A program made the position numbers and the translations under genes. DNA of 62,998 bases, the filler included, from Circinaria calcarea (Eukaryota): the NCBI GenBank assembly GCA_051942165.1. It is 35 parts of 35 records of this genome, joined end to end, with 100 filler letters (N's around TTAATTAATTAA, not from the genome) between each part and the next. Parts side by side here need not be neighbours in the genome. Positions count along the whole stretch, not along the records: positions 12,699 to 14,410 come from JAVECS010004311.1; positions 14,511 to 16,220 come from JAVECS010004312.1; positions 16,321 to 18,030 come from JAVECS010004313.1; positions 18,131 to 19,840 come from JAVECS010004314.1; positions 19,941 to 21,648 come from JAVECS010004315.1; positions 21,749 to 23,454 come from JAVECS010004316.1; positions 23,555 to 25,259 come from JAVECS010004317.1; positions 25,360 to 27,064 come from JAVECS010004318.1; 27 more parts are not named here. One strand, given 5' to 3'. Below are positions 13,325 to 25,360 of the stretch, piece by piece (within the stretch, counting starts at the first letter, position 1; each line of letters begins with the position of its first letter). The notes beneath the pieces were generated by a model, which was given only the letters and a program-made list of their open reading frames with translations, was not told the origin of the DNA and made no database searches.

Positions 13325-14070
13325 TGTGGATGAGGTGGTATGTGTTCGAATGCGGTAATAGGTGCAGATGGTAAGATTATATGAAGTAGTTTGGAGCCTG
13401 ATGGAAGCAAAGTGATGATACTCTCATCGGTGAAAGCTCGGGGGGGAAGCTTTGCGGCTCAACTGACGCAGGGATCATGGCTGGCAGCCTGGAAGCATCA
13501 AGCTCGGGCCACATGTTATATTCTATCGGTCCAATGAGAGAGCCTTTACATCGAATTTCATTAAATGCGACATAAGACAACAAAAGTCCGGGGGAATTTC
13601 ATGTCCATCGTATTGGGGTATCATTGACAGAAACCTAATAGTACATTGCCCTCATAGCCAAATCCCGAACCAGCCGGAAGATCAAGTGCTTTCCCAATCA
13701 ATGCCAGATTCCAATTAGAGGCCAGTGATAGATCTATCTCTCTGCCGCAATAGTATACATAATCTCTCCCAAAACACAGTGTAGCCGTGGCTACAACTGG
13801 GATCCACCGTGTATCGGCCGTGTAAATACCGCTCCACATAGCCAACCATGAGCATCTTGCGTCATAACATGCCCATTTCTCACCGCTGTGCCTGTCCAAG
13901 GTTTCATTGATACAATTAAAAAAAACATCTCACTCAACGACTCCGTCATCTCCTTGATGGTTCTCCACTGGCAGGAGTGCCTCTCCAACCCAAGAGACAT
14001 CTGCAAGTGGCATAATCTCGGAGGTCAACAGTAAAACCATCTTCATAGGGTCCAACAGTCACTGGATTGT

Positions 14071-14410
14071 TTACCAGCCCTTCTTCCTTGCGAAGCGCTT
14101 GTTAAGGAGAGTAAGCACTTTCGGGACGTTGAACTGCACATATTCCAGATCGAGATCCTCTTGATTATCCTTCTGCATCTCCAGCAGATCGTCGAGCTTC
14201 AGGTCTAGTTCGAGTAATCCTCTACTTCGGCCTAAGACGCTGTCAGCAAAAACAAGAAAAGGGGTCAGGAGGAAAGCATACCTTTGTAGTGAAGACTGAT
14301 GACAAAGGTCCCCGGTAGAGGACTTGTGAAATTGAAGAATATATTTGCGCGCCGATTTTCTGGTACATTGCTCTTCTGAATGACTCCCTCCTTCTCCAAC
14401 TGCTGGTGAG
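14071..14410 (-). CDS. Ras GTPase-activating protein (Gap1/GapA type), C-terminus
   Basis: HQQLEKEGVIQKSNVPENRRANIFFNFTSPLPGTFVISLHYK|GRSRGLLELDLKLDDLLEMQKDNQEDLDLEYVQFNV...KKGW*. Intron 14232-14281. Confidence 0.88.
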
Positions 14411-14536
14411 NNNNNNNNNNNNNNNNNNNNNNNNNNNNNNNNNNNNNNNNNNNNTTAATTAATTAANNNNNNNNNNNNNNNNNNNNNNNNNNNNNNNNNN
14501 NNNNNNNNNNCAACGCAACCCCCCCGGCCCTAAAAA

Positions 14537-15208
14537 CTACTCCTCCTCCTCCACCTCCTCCTCCTCCTCCTCCTCCTCCCATAACCTCGCCATTCCACTC
14601 GCCAGGAACCCCTCAAACGTCCACGCCTTCTCCACACTTTCGACGAGTTCACTCCTATCTCCGCCCCAGACGTAGGCTTCGGCGGCGACTTGGATTTTCT
14701 CTTTCCGTTTCGGAACCTCCCTTTCCTCACCCGCATTCCCACCGATCTCGCCTTGCTCATTATTTCCCGTTCCACTCGCCTCATCGTCAAGAACCTCGAC
14801 CTCCACTGTCACGCGTGTGAGGTCATAAAGCCCGGATTCGAAGTGATGGATGTTTTCGCGCTGCGAGCGCGTGAGGCCGAGGACAAGGAAACCGCTTACT
14901 CCACCGCCGGAACCACCAGCATCCATCACAACCACAGCCGGATAATCCGCCTCGCGCACTGCGCAACGGGCATGTCCCCGCAGGATCGCTGGCGTCATCT
15001 GGAGCGCGAGGCGCGAAGCGGGGACGGGCGCGTTAATGATGCGGGCGAGGAGGGAGGGGAGCATGAGGGAGCCGTAGACGAAAAGGGGAGGCTGGGGGCT
15101 GGTTGGGCTGGAAGCAGAGGAAGTGGAAAGGGTTTTTGCGGTGACATGATTGGAGAGGGCGAGGGTGTAGGATGGTGGGAGGGAGATTGTGGTGGTGGTG
15201 GTGGTCAT
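14537..15208 (-). CDS. AIG2-like / gamma-glutamylcyclotransferase-fold protein
   Basis: LFVYGSLM motif, PAILRGHAR..V..ADYPAV, L..FE..LY, AEAYVW and an acidic tail. Most likely ATG is 15208. Confidence 0.85.
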   Translation of the reverse strand: MTTTTTTISLPPSYTLALSNHVTAKTLSTSSASSPTSPQPPLFVYGSLMLPSLLARIINAPVPASRLALQMTPAILRGHARCAVREADYPAVVVMDAGGSGGGVSGFLVLGLTRSQRENIHHFESGLYDLTRVTVEVEVLDDEASGTGNNEQGEIGGNAGEEREVPKRKEKIQVAAEAYVWGGDRSELVESVEKAWTFEGFLASGMARLWEEEEEEEEVEEEE

Positions 15209-16063
15209 GGTCGTTGTGGAATTCTGTTGCGCAGGTAAATTAATATTTGGGGTTGTTGGTGGATACCGTAGAGAACTTGCGAATGGAGGTGAAGGGGATG
15301 AGGTGGTCTTAATAACTTCTTTTTGCAGTCTCTCAAGGAATAAATGGTAGCTTGCAGCTTTAATTCTTTGTTCTCTGTTCGGAAAGGGGTAGACACCTGG
15401 AGTGAGGAAGAGATGATGATTTGTTTTGAAGGACCAACACATGAAAGAAAGTTATCATGGGTATTTTGCAAGAGAGGCCGTATCCTAAAACTTCTGCACA
15501 CCCTAGTCATTAGCTTGGCTATTGCCTAGAATATCAGAAACGGACTCACCAGTCCTCCACGTTTGAAGTGGCAGGACCCGATTGAACCCTTGCCGCTATT
15601 ACTCCAACTGTCTTCCAGGCTATCAGCTTAGAATTGATTTGACCACATTGGCAGTCCGTTGGACTGCTGTATACTAGGAATGCTTTGCATACTCATCATC
15701 CACTGAGGAAATGCTGCTGACCGTGCATGGAATGTTGCTGCCTTTTAGGATTAGTCATGGATGCCATTTGAGCTGGATCAAGGCTGTGGATCAAAGTTTT
15801 ATTGGTAATGTACAGGGAAATGTTGAGGAAAGGACTGGCAATCGTGATGACTGCAGATTTTGTGGTAGAACATTATCTACCTCATGATCCAGAGGTGTTG
15901 TTGTCTCATGAAAAATTGCAGCCTTCCGTGTCCGGCGGATACTTTCTGCAGCAAAGTAACGCGCAACGAAAAATGACACCCGAACCGGGAAATCACTTGA
16001 AGGAAGAATGAAGTCTTTTACTTTTCACTTCGCTGCCCGATCGTTGGGGTTCAGGGAAGGCAT

Positions 16064-16219
16064 TCAGAAATCCTCAATCGTTGTCCCAATCCCTCTCTCC
16101 CTCGCCAGCATCACCAAATCCTCACCTACACAGAGATCCATAATCCCCAACCCCACGCTCTTATAAATCACGTTCCCGCTCTCCAACCACCTCTTCAGTC
16201 CCTTCTCCCCTTCCCCGCC
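16064..16219 (-). CDS. Ornithine cyclodeaminase/mu-crystallin family (PrnX-like), C-terminus
   Basis: GLKRWLESGNVIYKSVGLGIMDLCVGEDLVMLARERGIGTTIEDF*, containing the family-typical KSVGLG.MD motif. Confidence 0.8.
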   Translation of the reverse strand, partial: GGEGEKGLKRWLESGNVIYKSVGLGIMDLCVGEDLVMLARERGIGTTIEDF

Positions 16220-16320
16220 CNNNNNNNNNNNNNNNNNNNNNNNNNNNNNNNNNNNNNNNNNNNNTTAATTAATTAANNNNNNNNNNNNNNNNNNNNNNNN
16301 NNNNNNNNNNNNNNNNNNNN

Positions 16321-17053
16321 CTATACTCTCGAGACCAAGGCTAAGGCTCTCTGGAGTAGCAGCGTTGATCCAGAAAACAGTCCGAAACTGGCCTAGTGAA
16401 TGTGCTTGGTGGCAATATGTGAGAGCGAGCTGTGTCTTTCCCACTCCCTTTTCTCCCACTAGAAAAACAATGGTAGGACTCTTGACTTGAGATCTTGCGG
16501 CATCGTAGAGGTAAGCATCCATTTCTTGTATCAAGCTATCCCGTTCAGTCCAGGGCGACACCTGTTTCTCTCGTACGTCAAAGTAGAAGGTCTCCTCTGG
16601 TACAGGCGGAGGGACCTCAGCCGAATCGATCACATGATGTAATATCAAGACCGAGATATAAGTTTGCAAACTCTTATCGATCGCCCATATCTTCTCGTCA
16701 TTCTTGAGACTGGCAAGAACTTTACGGATTTTGACAGCGAATGCCTCTCCCGGGGCAGGCGCCATTTTGCTGATAATCGACTCCACCTGCTCCACTAGGG
16801 CGGTGCACCCATGGACAACTCCTCGAAGAATGCATCTCGTATCAACATCGATTTTATCAACCTCGGTGTCTGTTCTGACACGATTTAGCGCATTCAGTAA
16901 GAGAGGTAACTGGGTGTTGATAGATTGGAGTGCCTTGGGAACTTCTTTCGGACTAGCATTGTTATATTCTGATAGCCGCCGTGCGACCTTTATGCCAATA
17001 TCCAGGAATTGGACAACAGCGGACGCAACACTGAGAGCGGAGACTGGGTCCAT
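16321..17053 (-). CDS. Fungal NLR-like protein: N-terminal helical (SesA/NACHT_N-like) domain + NB-ARC-type P-loop, 3'-truncated
   Basis: MDPVSALSVASAVVQFLDIGIKV N-terminus; Walker A VFLVGEKGVGKTQLAL; FRTVFWINA. Confidence 0.85.
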
Positions 17054-17295
17054 GATGACAGAAGACGATGAAAGAATTGCTTGTTGAATATAGAATGTGC
17101 ACACAGTTATGAGAGGAGAGCCATATAGACTGAAAAAGCGAGTGAATGTAAATGGCAGAGCAGATTATATACCTCCACCATTCTTAACGACCTATCGTCG
17201 GCCATGCATCAAGATGCACCCGTTCGGTTCCTCAAACGGCGACTGCGCCTGGCTGCCTAGTAGACCACCGATCGAGGCAACTCTGCAGAAGTTTC

Positions 17296-17825
17296 CCCAG
17301 TGTCTGGGGGGGGGGGTCATCACTTAAGCTCCGGGGTAAAATACCAAGCGAACTGTTACCCAAAAATATATTTATAATTAAGTGTATTCGGCTGCTCCGG
17401 GTCTATACTTTCTATTTACAAAGGCTATATTGCCTAATACTCGCGCTCTTGCCCTATATTTCTGCTTACTACTCGTGCCTTTGGCTTTCGCTAATCCTCG
17501 CGCCTCTGCCTCCGCCTAGAACCAGCCAAAGACAAGCAATGTTATGATTGGAGCATATGGCGGGGAAATAGCGCTAATTAGGTGCGCCTTTCGCTCCATA
17601 TCTCAGCGGATACATCACATACACACAGCATTCCGTAGTATCAACATAGTATTTCAGTAGCCCTTATCCACACATACATTCCGGTTATACCCGTGCAGCC
17701 AGTTGAAGACGGAGCGCCTTCTCTATAACGCACCTCCTTTCTCCTGACTTAGAACGAATGCGCCTAGTTTTTATTATATACCGGGACGAGAATTAAATAC
17801 CGGACGACCCCCCCTAGACACGAGG
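17296..17825. mobile_element. Non-autonomous TIR element (MITE-like) with candidate 8-bp TSD
   Basis: Left end CCCAGTGTCTG(11)TCATC; right end reverse complement CCTCGTGTCTAG(7)TCGTC. GAAGTTTC flanks both sides (17288-17295 and 17826-17833). Confidence 0.55.
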
Positions 17826-18130
17826 GAAGTTTCAGCCTCGCGCTTCTTATCACGGCGCAGACACACACGGAACTTGGAGCTGCTGATCCATGCGGTATGC
17901 TGATTATTGGCGGTGTCTAAGCCGGTCTCTGGTTGGATACTCCAATTGACCCTTTAATTCAATGGTGATTTGTATAATTATATAAAATGAAACCTAACAG
18001 CATAAAATCCCCGTCTCCCATCCCTCAATCNNNNNNNNNNNNNNNNNNNNNNNNNNNNNNNNNNNNNNNNNNNNTTAATTAATTAANNNNNNNNNNNNNN
18101 NNNNNNNNNNNNNNNNNNNNNNNNNNNNNN

Positions 18131-19034
18131 GCTTGGAGCATGCGGGGGTCGGTGCTTAAGAAGCTATTGGCGGCGTCCCTGTAGTTGCCTGACGAGAGCT
18201 GGGCAAGTCCCATTACGGCGGAAAGCTTTGCCTGAGCCTTTTCGGCGTCTCCAGGTTTCAAGTTGATACCACGGATCTTTTGGACGTTCGATTGAACGGC
18301 TAGCCAGTTTCCTTGCTCCACGGAAGCGTGTATGATGTAGAATGACATTTCGGCAACGTTTGACGGGGTGGTACAATAGTCTCGCATGCGTGCAAAAGCT
18401 TTACTGGCATTTGGAAGATCACCGATACGTTGAAGGTGTAGACCGAGATCAATGTAGCCCATCTGCGCGGCATGAAGTCAATTAGTCGCTGCCTTGTCAC
18501 CGTACCAGCCGTAGAGTTTGGACCCACCCGTATACTCTCTTTGATGAGATTATTCTTGTAACCCTTCAGTTCGCCTTCCAGTCGATCTGACTCCAACTTC
18601 ACTTGTTTCCTGGTTCTATCTAACCAAACCTGGTCCGCGATTGCGTCTGGATCATTCGGAGCCACTTTGTTGAGGGCGGCGACAGCGGCTTCATACCGGC
18701 CAACGTCTTTGCCCCTTTTCGCCTCCGCAACAGCTGCTCTCAGGGCTTCAAGATAAAAATAGGATGAACATGTTCCGATAAGGTAGAGTCGATCGAACCT
18801 TGTCTTGCCTTGAGCAAGACGTTAGTCAGACTCTCTTGGACCTTGCTTTTTGCAAAGTAGAGCTCACCTTTGTAGTTGGCAATGTAGGCGTCGAGATCGA
18901 ATTTGGGGGGTTCTTTACGAGCAGATCAATTAGCTGAAGGAAGCTTCCTCAGATCACGGACAAATACCCTTCACAACCGGTCGCCCCTTCGCTCGAGCCT
19001 CGGCGAGGAAGGCGGATTCTCCATTTGTAGCCAT
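18131..19034 (-). CDS. csn1: COP9 signalosome subunit 1, N-terminal part, 3 introns
   Basis: PKFDLDAYIANYK|GKTRFDRLYLIG...RLEGELKGYKNNLIKESIR|MGYIDLG..GDLPNASKAFARMRDYCTT. Confidence 0.93.
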
Positions 19035-19157
19035 CTGCTCTCACTTCCACCGGCAGAATCTTCCAGCTCCAAAGGCCTGGAAGCTCAAAGGTTGAAACGA
19101 AGCTTTCCGGTTGAATTCCTCCGCAGCTGTACAGTAACCGGTTGCAGCCAACCCTTA

Positions 19158-19621
19158 CCCTCGTATGTAAAATTCTGTTCCAAAACGAACACCACTTTTT
19201 GGATTTACGGGCCCTCGAGAAACCACCTCGAAAATCAATGAATTATTTATTAGATTCATAACCATTGGTCATAAATCAATTTGACTTACACAGATTTTAA
19301 ATTATAGTGTATTCTAATAGATCTACGATTTTCAGAAGATTTCAGCCAGTATTCATGATAGGATTAATTAAAATTAAGAATTTTACTAGTTAAATCGCAA
19401 GCTCGTATGAATATGGCTTAAAATTTCAAAAGATCACGAATTACTTTCCATTCTTAATACAGAATAGGCTAGAATTTTAATATATTGTAGATCAATACTA
19501 GATCTAATGCATGCTGACTTTTTAATAGAAAAGACCTTTTTGGCGTAGAGAAATAATAAGATTCCGAGATTCTAAAAAGTGGTGTGGTATTCGTTTCGGA
19601 ACAGGATTTTACATATGGAGG
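19158..19621. mobile_element. 464-bp MITE-like element with ~55-bp imperfect TIRs and TA TSD (Tc1/mariner type)
   Basis: Left end TA|CCCTCGTATGTAAAATTCTGTTCCAAAACGAACACCACTTTTTGGA. Right end reverse complement TA|CCTCCATATGTAAAATCCTGTTCCGAAACGAATACCACACCACTTTTTAGA. The interior is AT-rich and non-coding. Confidence 0.8.
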
Positions 19622-19677
19622 TAACAGTAGGCTACGCGATAAACAAAACATATGCTCTAATCGTGCCCAAGGGTAAA

Positions 19678-19715
19678 TTTTGAAAAAATTATTTCGCGAA
19701 ATAATTTTTTCAAAA
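19678..19715. repeat. 38-bp perfect palindrome
   Basis: TTTTGAAAAAATTATTTCG|CGAAATAATTTTTTCAAAA, with no spacer. Confidence 0.95.
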
Positions 19716-21258
19716 GCACTAACAAGTTAGTGCCTGTCAGTCGCATGATAGAAGTCAGTCGCATAATAAAACTTCAATTTATTTAATTTACCTTGCCAAA
19801 TATATTATACGTATACGTAGGCATGTTCTCTTAATATTACNNNNNNNNNNNNNNNNNNNNNNNNNNNNNNNNNNNNNNNNNNNNTTAATTAATTAANNNN
19901 NNNNNNNNNNNNNNNNNNNNNNNNNNNNNNNNNNNNNNNNGCGCAATCTGGACTGGGTGGATGTGGTTGTCTACAGGACCAGGTGTGTGTGTTGATGAGA
20001 TGAACGGGGCTTGCAGGAAAATAATAGTTGAAGTCGTGGGGTGAACCGGCTGATTGTCGGCCCTTTGGGGGCACGTCCCTCCCGGGCATTGGTTTGTCCA
20101 GGCGATAACTCGTCTAAGTTGCCCTCGAGTCTTGGAGCCCAGCACCGACTAACGGTTTTTTGCGGGCTTCTTGACTGGGAAAACAGAATAGCCTACATCT
20201 AGAACAAAAACTCCAAGTATATCCCACCTGGAAAAGGGGGGAGAGTGGCAGCTTTCTTGGGCAAGGGAAATCAGTTTGCTACACCCGGATTGGGGACTTA
20301 CTCACTCGACCTGAACTTGTAAGATTCAGGGTTAATCTCCTCCAGTACATCGCGGGCCCCTGAGCATTTTACCGGAGAAGCGAAGTCTTCTGATCTATCG
20401 AGCAAGAGCAGAAAACGCAGATGCCAAATAAATTGTCCTATGAGCGACAAGCAATACTATTCATCAGAAACCGGAGCGAGACTCTGGACGATATAACGTA
20501 AAAAGCCTAATGTACTACTGTTCATGAGTGAAAAGTTAGCTCGGGGCATCCTCCCCTACCGATATGTACGAATAGTTCTTCTATCGGGGGGAATGCTATA
20601 CGTGCATTCGCAAGTCACGGCCCATGAACGGGGAGGAAGGGGGCACAAGGGGGACTCACGTCTTCATGTTACGGCGCAAGATCGGCGTCGAATGTACCGA
20701 TGCGCAGACAGGGTTACATGTATAAGAAAACCTCGATATAAGAATAATTGGCTGTAAGAATAACCTCCATATAAAATCGCCAATTCTGGGAACGGAGGTT
20801 GGTTAAGCCAAGGTAAACATTACCTTGATACAATAATAACCTCTATTCAAGAATGTGATTTCTAGCACTGGGCATATTCTTATATCGAAGTTTACTGTAT
20901 TCGGACACATTTTGCAATGCGGAGAAGATGAACCTTGTCAAACATGCATACATTTGATTTTCTCACAACTCCAACTTAGATACCACGAACGTGTACACGG
21001 ATACCTTTCCCCGTCGGCGAGATGCAGAAGATGCAACGAATGTCCGTAGTCGTCCCCCCTGCTCGCTCCGTCCCTCTATCTGCCGTGCCTGCCAAATGCG
21101 ATATCTCACCCCAAAACTGGATGCATCAAGGAAGCGAAAGAAGAAGCGAAAATATTTACAAACCACCACAGGTCCCTCCTGCTCTATGTATATCTCGGCC
21201 TACTTTGTTGAGCTCAGCTCGGGTGTTATTGCTGCCTCAACTGCCATCAGTATTAAAC

Positions 21259-21648
21259 CTACGTGGACTGGAAGAGAGCGACGGTGCTACAGAAGTTGTT
21301 GCGGTTATCTGCCTGCGGTACGGCTTCGTTTCCATTAACTGTGACCATACTCGTGCTAGCTTTCGTGGCCAAAGCATAGATGAATATCTCACTGCTGCCA
21401 TCCACGCCGACCATGTTCTGCTGGCAGCTCTCTGTGGTCAAGCAAGTCTGGCTGTAGTTTTCGAAGAAGCTGTACAGACCGGCACCGTAGACGAGGATCT
21501 TGGAGGAATCAACGATACGGAGACCCCACGCCTTCCTGCATGCGTCGGTGGTGCACGAGCTAAAGTTCGGGTCGTTGAAATTAGCGTTGGGGGAAAAGGG
21601 CTGAAGAGCATTTGGGTTTGCCTGGAAGTAAGGAGTCTCGGTTTGGAT
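21259..21648 (-). CDS. GH55 exo-beta-1,3-glucanase, C-terminus
   Basis: IQTETPYFQANP...AWGLRIVDSSKILVYGAGLYSFFENYSQTC...CQQNMV...NRNNFCST. Confidence 0.92.
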   Translation of the reverse strand: MQTETPYFQANPNALQPFSPNANFNDPNFSSCTTDACRKAWGLRIVDSSKILVYGAGLYSFFENYSQTCLTTESCQQNMVGVDGSSEIFIYALATKASTSMVTVNGNEAVPQADNRNNFCSTVALFQST

Positions 21649-21750
21649 NNNNNNNNNNNNNNNNNNNNNNNNNNNNNNNNNNNNNNNNNNNNTTAATTAA
21701 TTAANNNNNNNNNNNNNNNNNNNNNNNNNNNNNNNNNNNNNNNNNNNNAT

Positions 21751-23454
21751 CAGGATAAGACTCCAGAGAGTACTTTAATAACAATTCAAGAGTCGCAAGA
21801 CCATTCTTCGAGAGTTCATAAGACCCTCAAACGACTTGGCGACTCCCTTCAGCTTCACAAAAGGCCGTTCGGAAACGAGTTATATGTCAATCTCTCAATT
21901 GGGGTTAGAGGTCTGTTGGGTGTACGGCATGTTGGGAACATGAGAGACGGACCTTGGAGACCGGACGACATATTCTACAAGGCCAATCTAGCCACAATGA
22001 TTACTAGTCTTCTCTTGTCTCAAGAAAGCTCTAGCAGTAGCCAGTCTACTGTGGAAAAAATAGAGCGGGATTTCCCGTCGCCATTTTTCTCGCGACTCCT
22101 AGATTCGTCAGAGTCGGGAACCAAGCCAGTTGGCTGCAGCTCATTATCGAGCGAGAGCTTTGAAGTAGCGCTTGATCTGCGCACTCAGTACTTCATCACG
22201 CTGGTTCAGCGTCACCTCCTTCAACCGAACTTTGATCCTGACCTATTACTTCTGCAGGTATTTTATGAGAATGAAAATTCTTTGAAAGGCTGGGACGCGG
22301 ATGGTATGCGGACGAATGGTTTTGGCACCAAAGTTCAAAACGCAATCTCAGATCGCATCAACGAGATTAAGAGGACATTCAGGGAAGATTTGCAGAGTGT
22401 GCAGACTGGTCATCTGGTAGACCTCGATCAGTTAAGGACTATCTATACGTGGTCTGCCTTTATCTTGAAAGTTTTATCGTGGACCAAATTACGGAGCAGC
22501 GAGATACAAGCTGAAATAAACTCGCGTGGTACCGTTGAGGGTATCAGGCAGGCCTTGGAGATTGAGATTCGAGAAATGGCTCTATTATATGCTAGAGAGG
22601 ATGCTGGGGTCAATGAGGGCAATAGCCCTCATATACAGATCGACTATCATCCAGCTTCCGATCTTACATCGGATCAAGTAAATCTCCCTGTCCAGGCCCC
22701 CGTCATGGGTTCTAGAAAATCCCTAAGTCGACAGTACGTTCACCCTCAATGATTCAGTTGTTACGCTGTCGGGTGAAATGCGCTGATATACATGGCAGAT
22801 TCGATTCGCCAGGCAATGTTCGGTTTGTCAAGGGTCTTCTGGCAGCTAAAGCCGCACAAAGGTCAGCGCAGCCAAAGACGGCACGTTACTTCCCCGTGCA
22901 AAACCCGCAGCCGTCAGCTACATTGGCAGGCCCTTCTACGCAGATGGATATTCCCAAATCGAGGATTGAATTACCAGTGATTCCTTCAACGGCTCCGGCC
23001 AAGATCACAAACGAGCTTCCCAGCCATGAACATTCCAATGACGAGTTCCAGCCGTTCATAGAAGATGATGAAATTCATTTGAATGAGCAAAGGGAGCCTT
23101 CTCCAACACCTCGAATCCTACAGCTACAAGAGGAGGCATTGAAGGAGCAGGACAAGGAGAATATACCACAACGTCCAGAAGCTACATTGGGACGTAGCAG
23201 AAGACTATTCATTGATAGACAGCCAAATGCCCAGAAGATCTCGTTTGCGAGCCAGTCGGCGTCGCAACAAGGCCATCCAATTGAGCCAAGATCTCAGCGG
23301 CGGCCACAGATTGCAGATGGTGACGACCACCACGAGCATCAGCCTTCTTCTCCCAGTGAAGATGAAGGGTTTCAAGAAGATAACCGTCAAAATTTCCGTC
23401 AACAGCAAATGCCAGCTCGCTCAAGAAAACGTGACGTACCGGCAGCGACACCAG
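21751..23454 (+). CDS. Putative telomere-repeat binding factor-like protein (TRF-type region), internal fragment
   Basis: WRPDDIFYKANLA...DFPSPF...FEVALDLRTQ...FDPD.LL.QVF and LFIDRQPNAQKISF resemble filamentous-fungal TRF/Myb proteins. Intron 22734-22798. The Myb domain is not on this contig, so the family call is tentative. Confidence 0.55.
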
Positions 23455-25360
23455 NNNNNNNNNNNNNNNNNNNNNNNNNNNNNNNNNNNNNNNNNNNNTT
23501 AATTAATTAANNNNNNNNNNNNNNNNNNNNNNNNNNNNNNNNNNNNNNNNNNNNATCTAATAAACTGATCTCATCCAGGATAGGGGCATGATTTTTCTGA
23601 AGCATTTTCGAGAAAGTAAATGCTAATGAAGCTGCGTTCTACCTCAGCCCCTTTAGCTCGAACAATCCCTATTTTACAGAGAGAAGTCAATCACACACCT
23701 ACAGAATACAGATTGTACCATACCATCCACATCGCTTCACCCCTTCCATCAGATCTTACCTCATATATCCTGCCAACTTCCAACTTGAAAATACATCAAT
23801 GGTGGCCGCCTTCTCCAAATACCCATGCACCAACTGCCAGTCAACGAACGCCTTCCACCAAGTTTCAAACACTAGCTAGTCTCAAACCAATCCTATCTGC
23901 ATTATAGTACCCGAACATCTCGAAATGTCCCCTCTCCCTCATGCCTAAAAATATCTTCAAATTGAGCTCCTCCACTATACCTCATCAGCCACACACTTGC
24001 CATGCGGGGACACGACTTCTCTTTCTCTATCCGGACTCTGTCTCTCCCAGGCCCCAGTACTCTGGTCATCCCTCAAGGCCATCTCCATCACGAGGCAAGG
24101 TTCATGGCGAATTCACTACACAACAATACGCCCATTATTCCTCTACGGCTAGCACCGGAGTGCAAGCATCATGCAGAAAATGTCCATAGAATTACTTAAT
24201 TCTACCTATTGTCCGAAAGCAGACTTTAAAACCCAGAGGCCTTGGTTAGCTAGCTAAACTGTTTCTTCCTTCGCATTACAGAAACCCTCTGCTCCTTGTC
24301 AAACATCGAAAGAATAGTTTCGATTCATCCTTGCAGTTTCTACAATTACGGCTCCTCGATTTCACTTCTCCAACCTCACTTCTTGAACTACACATGCCTA
24401 GTTACACCACTGTGGCGAACCCTTCACCGCTACCACGTCTATCCCTTCCCTCTTTTTTTCGTTATTCTTAAACCTTTCCTTCTTTAACCCTCTCTATTTC
24501 CTTTTCTTTCCTTGCCCTCACTCCCCTTTCCTCTCACTCCCCACCAAGGCCTTACCCTCTATCCTCATCCTCTAATACCGCTCCTAAAGTCCCACCAACC
24601 ATCTAATCTTAATTCCAAGCTCTCGAAGCATTATCTTCCCTCTCCCCTCCCCTATCCCTATCTTTCGCCATCCTCCCATTTGCTTCTTTCCCCACCTCAC
24701 CACTTCCTCCCTCTATCCCTCCCTTTCTCCCCACACCTATCATCCCAAGACATACAAACCGTTAAGGGCTACCCTCCTCAACATACCGTACCTCTCATCA
24801 CGCACATTAGGTTCTTTCAGGGCTCCCCCCCCTCCCTTGTCTCAGAAAAAACAAAACATTAATAAAACACCAACCATATCTCCGCCGTCCCTCTTTCTCT
24901 CTGCCGCTGATTTCCAACCCCCTCGCTCTCTTCCTAGGTGCTACTTTTCTCCCTCTCCCTCTCTCTTTCGCCTCCCTCATTCGATGTGGGTCCGAGGTCT
25001 TTCTCTCAGTCCTTCTCCGTGCTTCTCGCTCCCGTTAAACCCCCCATGCTGGTGACGATAGCTGGGCTAGTTGGGGCAGTTGGGCTTCTTCGAAACGAAC
25101 CTACGGAGTAGATCTACGTCATGCGTGTAGGGTTTTACTTCGGTTGTTGAGTTTGAGAAGGGTTTATGGTTTTGGTGGGTTTGCTGCTGAGTTGACTATG
25201 GTACGAGTTGTTCATTTGACCCAGGCTTCCGAGACGCGTTCCGGGAGATGGTTTTTGTTNNNNNNNNNNNNNNNNNNNNNNNNNNNNNNNNNNNNNNNNN
25301 NNNTTAATTAATTAANNNNNNNNNNNNNNNNNNNNNNNNNNNNNNNNNNNNNNNNNNNNA

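Noticed and set aside
14690..15238. 182-aa plus-strand ORF, and similar overlapping ORFs at 26701, 44441 and 54765
   Set aside because: Antisense shadows of GC-rich coding regions that have clear motifs on the opposite strand.
21022..21696. 224-aa plus-strand ORF
   Set aside because: Largely the antisense shadow of the GH55 C-terminus on the minus strand.
23555..25259. Several short Pro/Ser/Leu-rich ORFs
   Set aside because: By-products of CT-rich non-coding or UTR-like sequence; no motifs.
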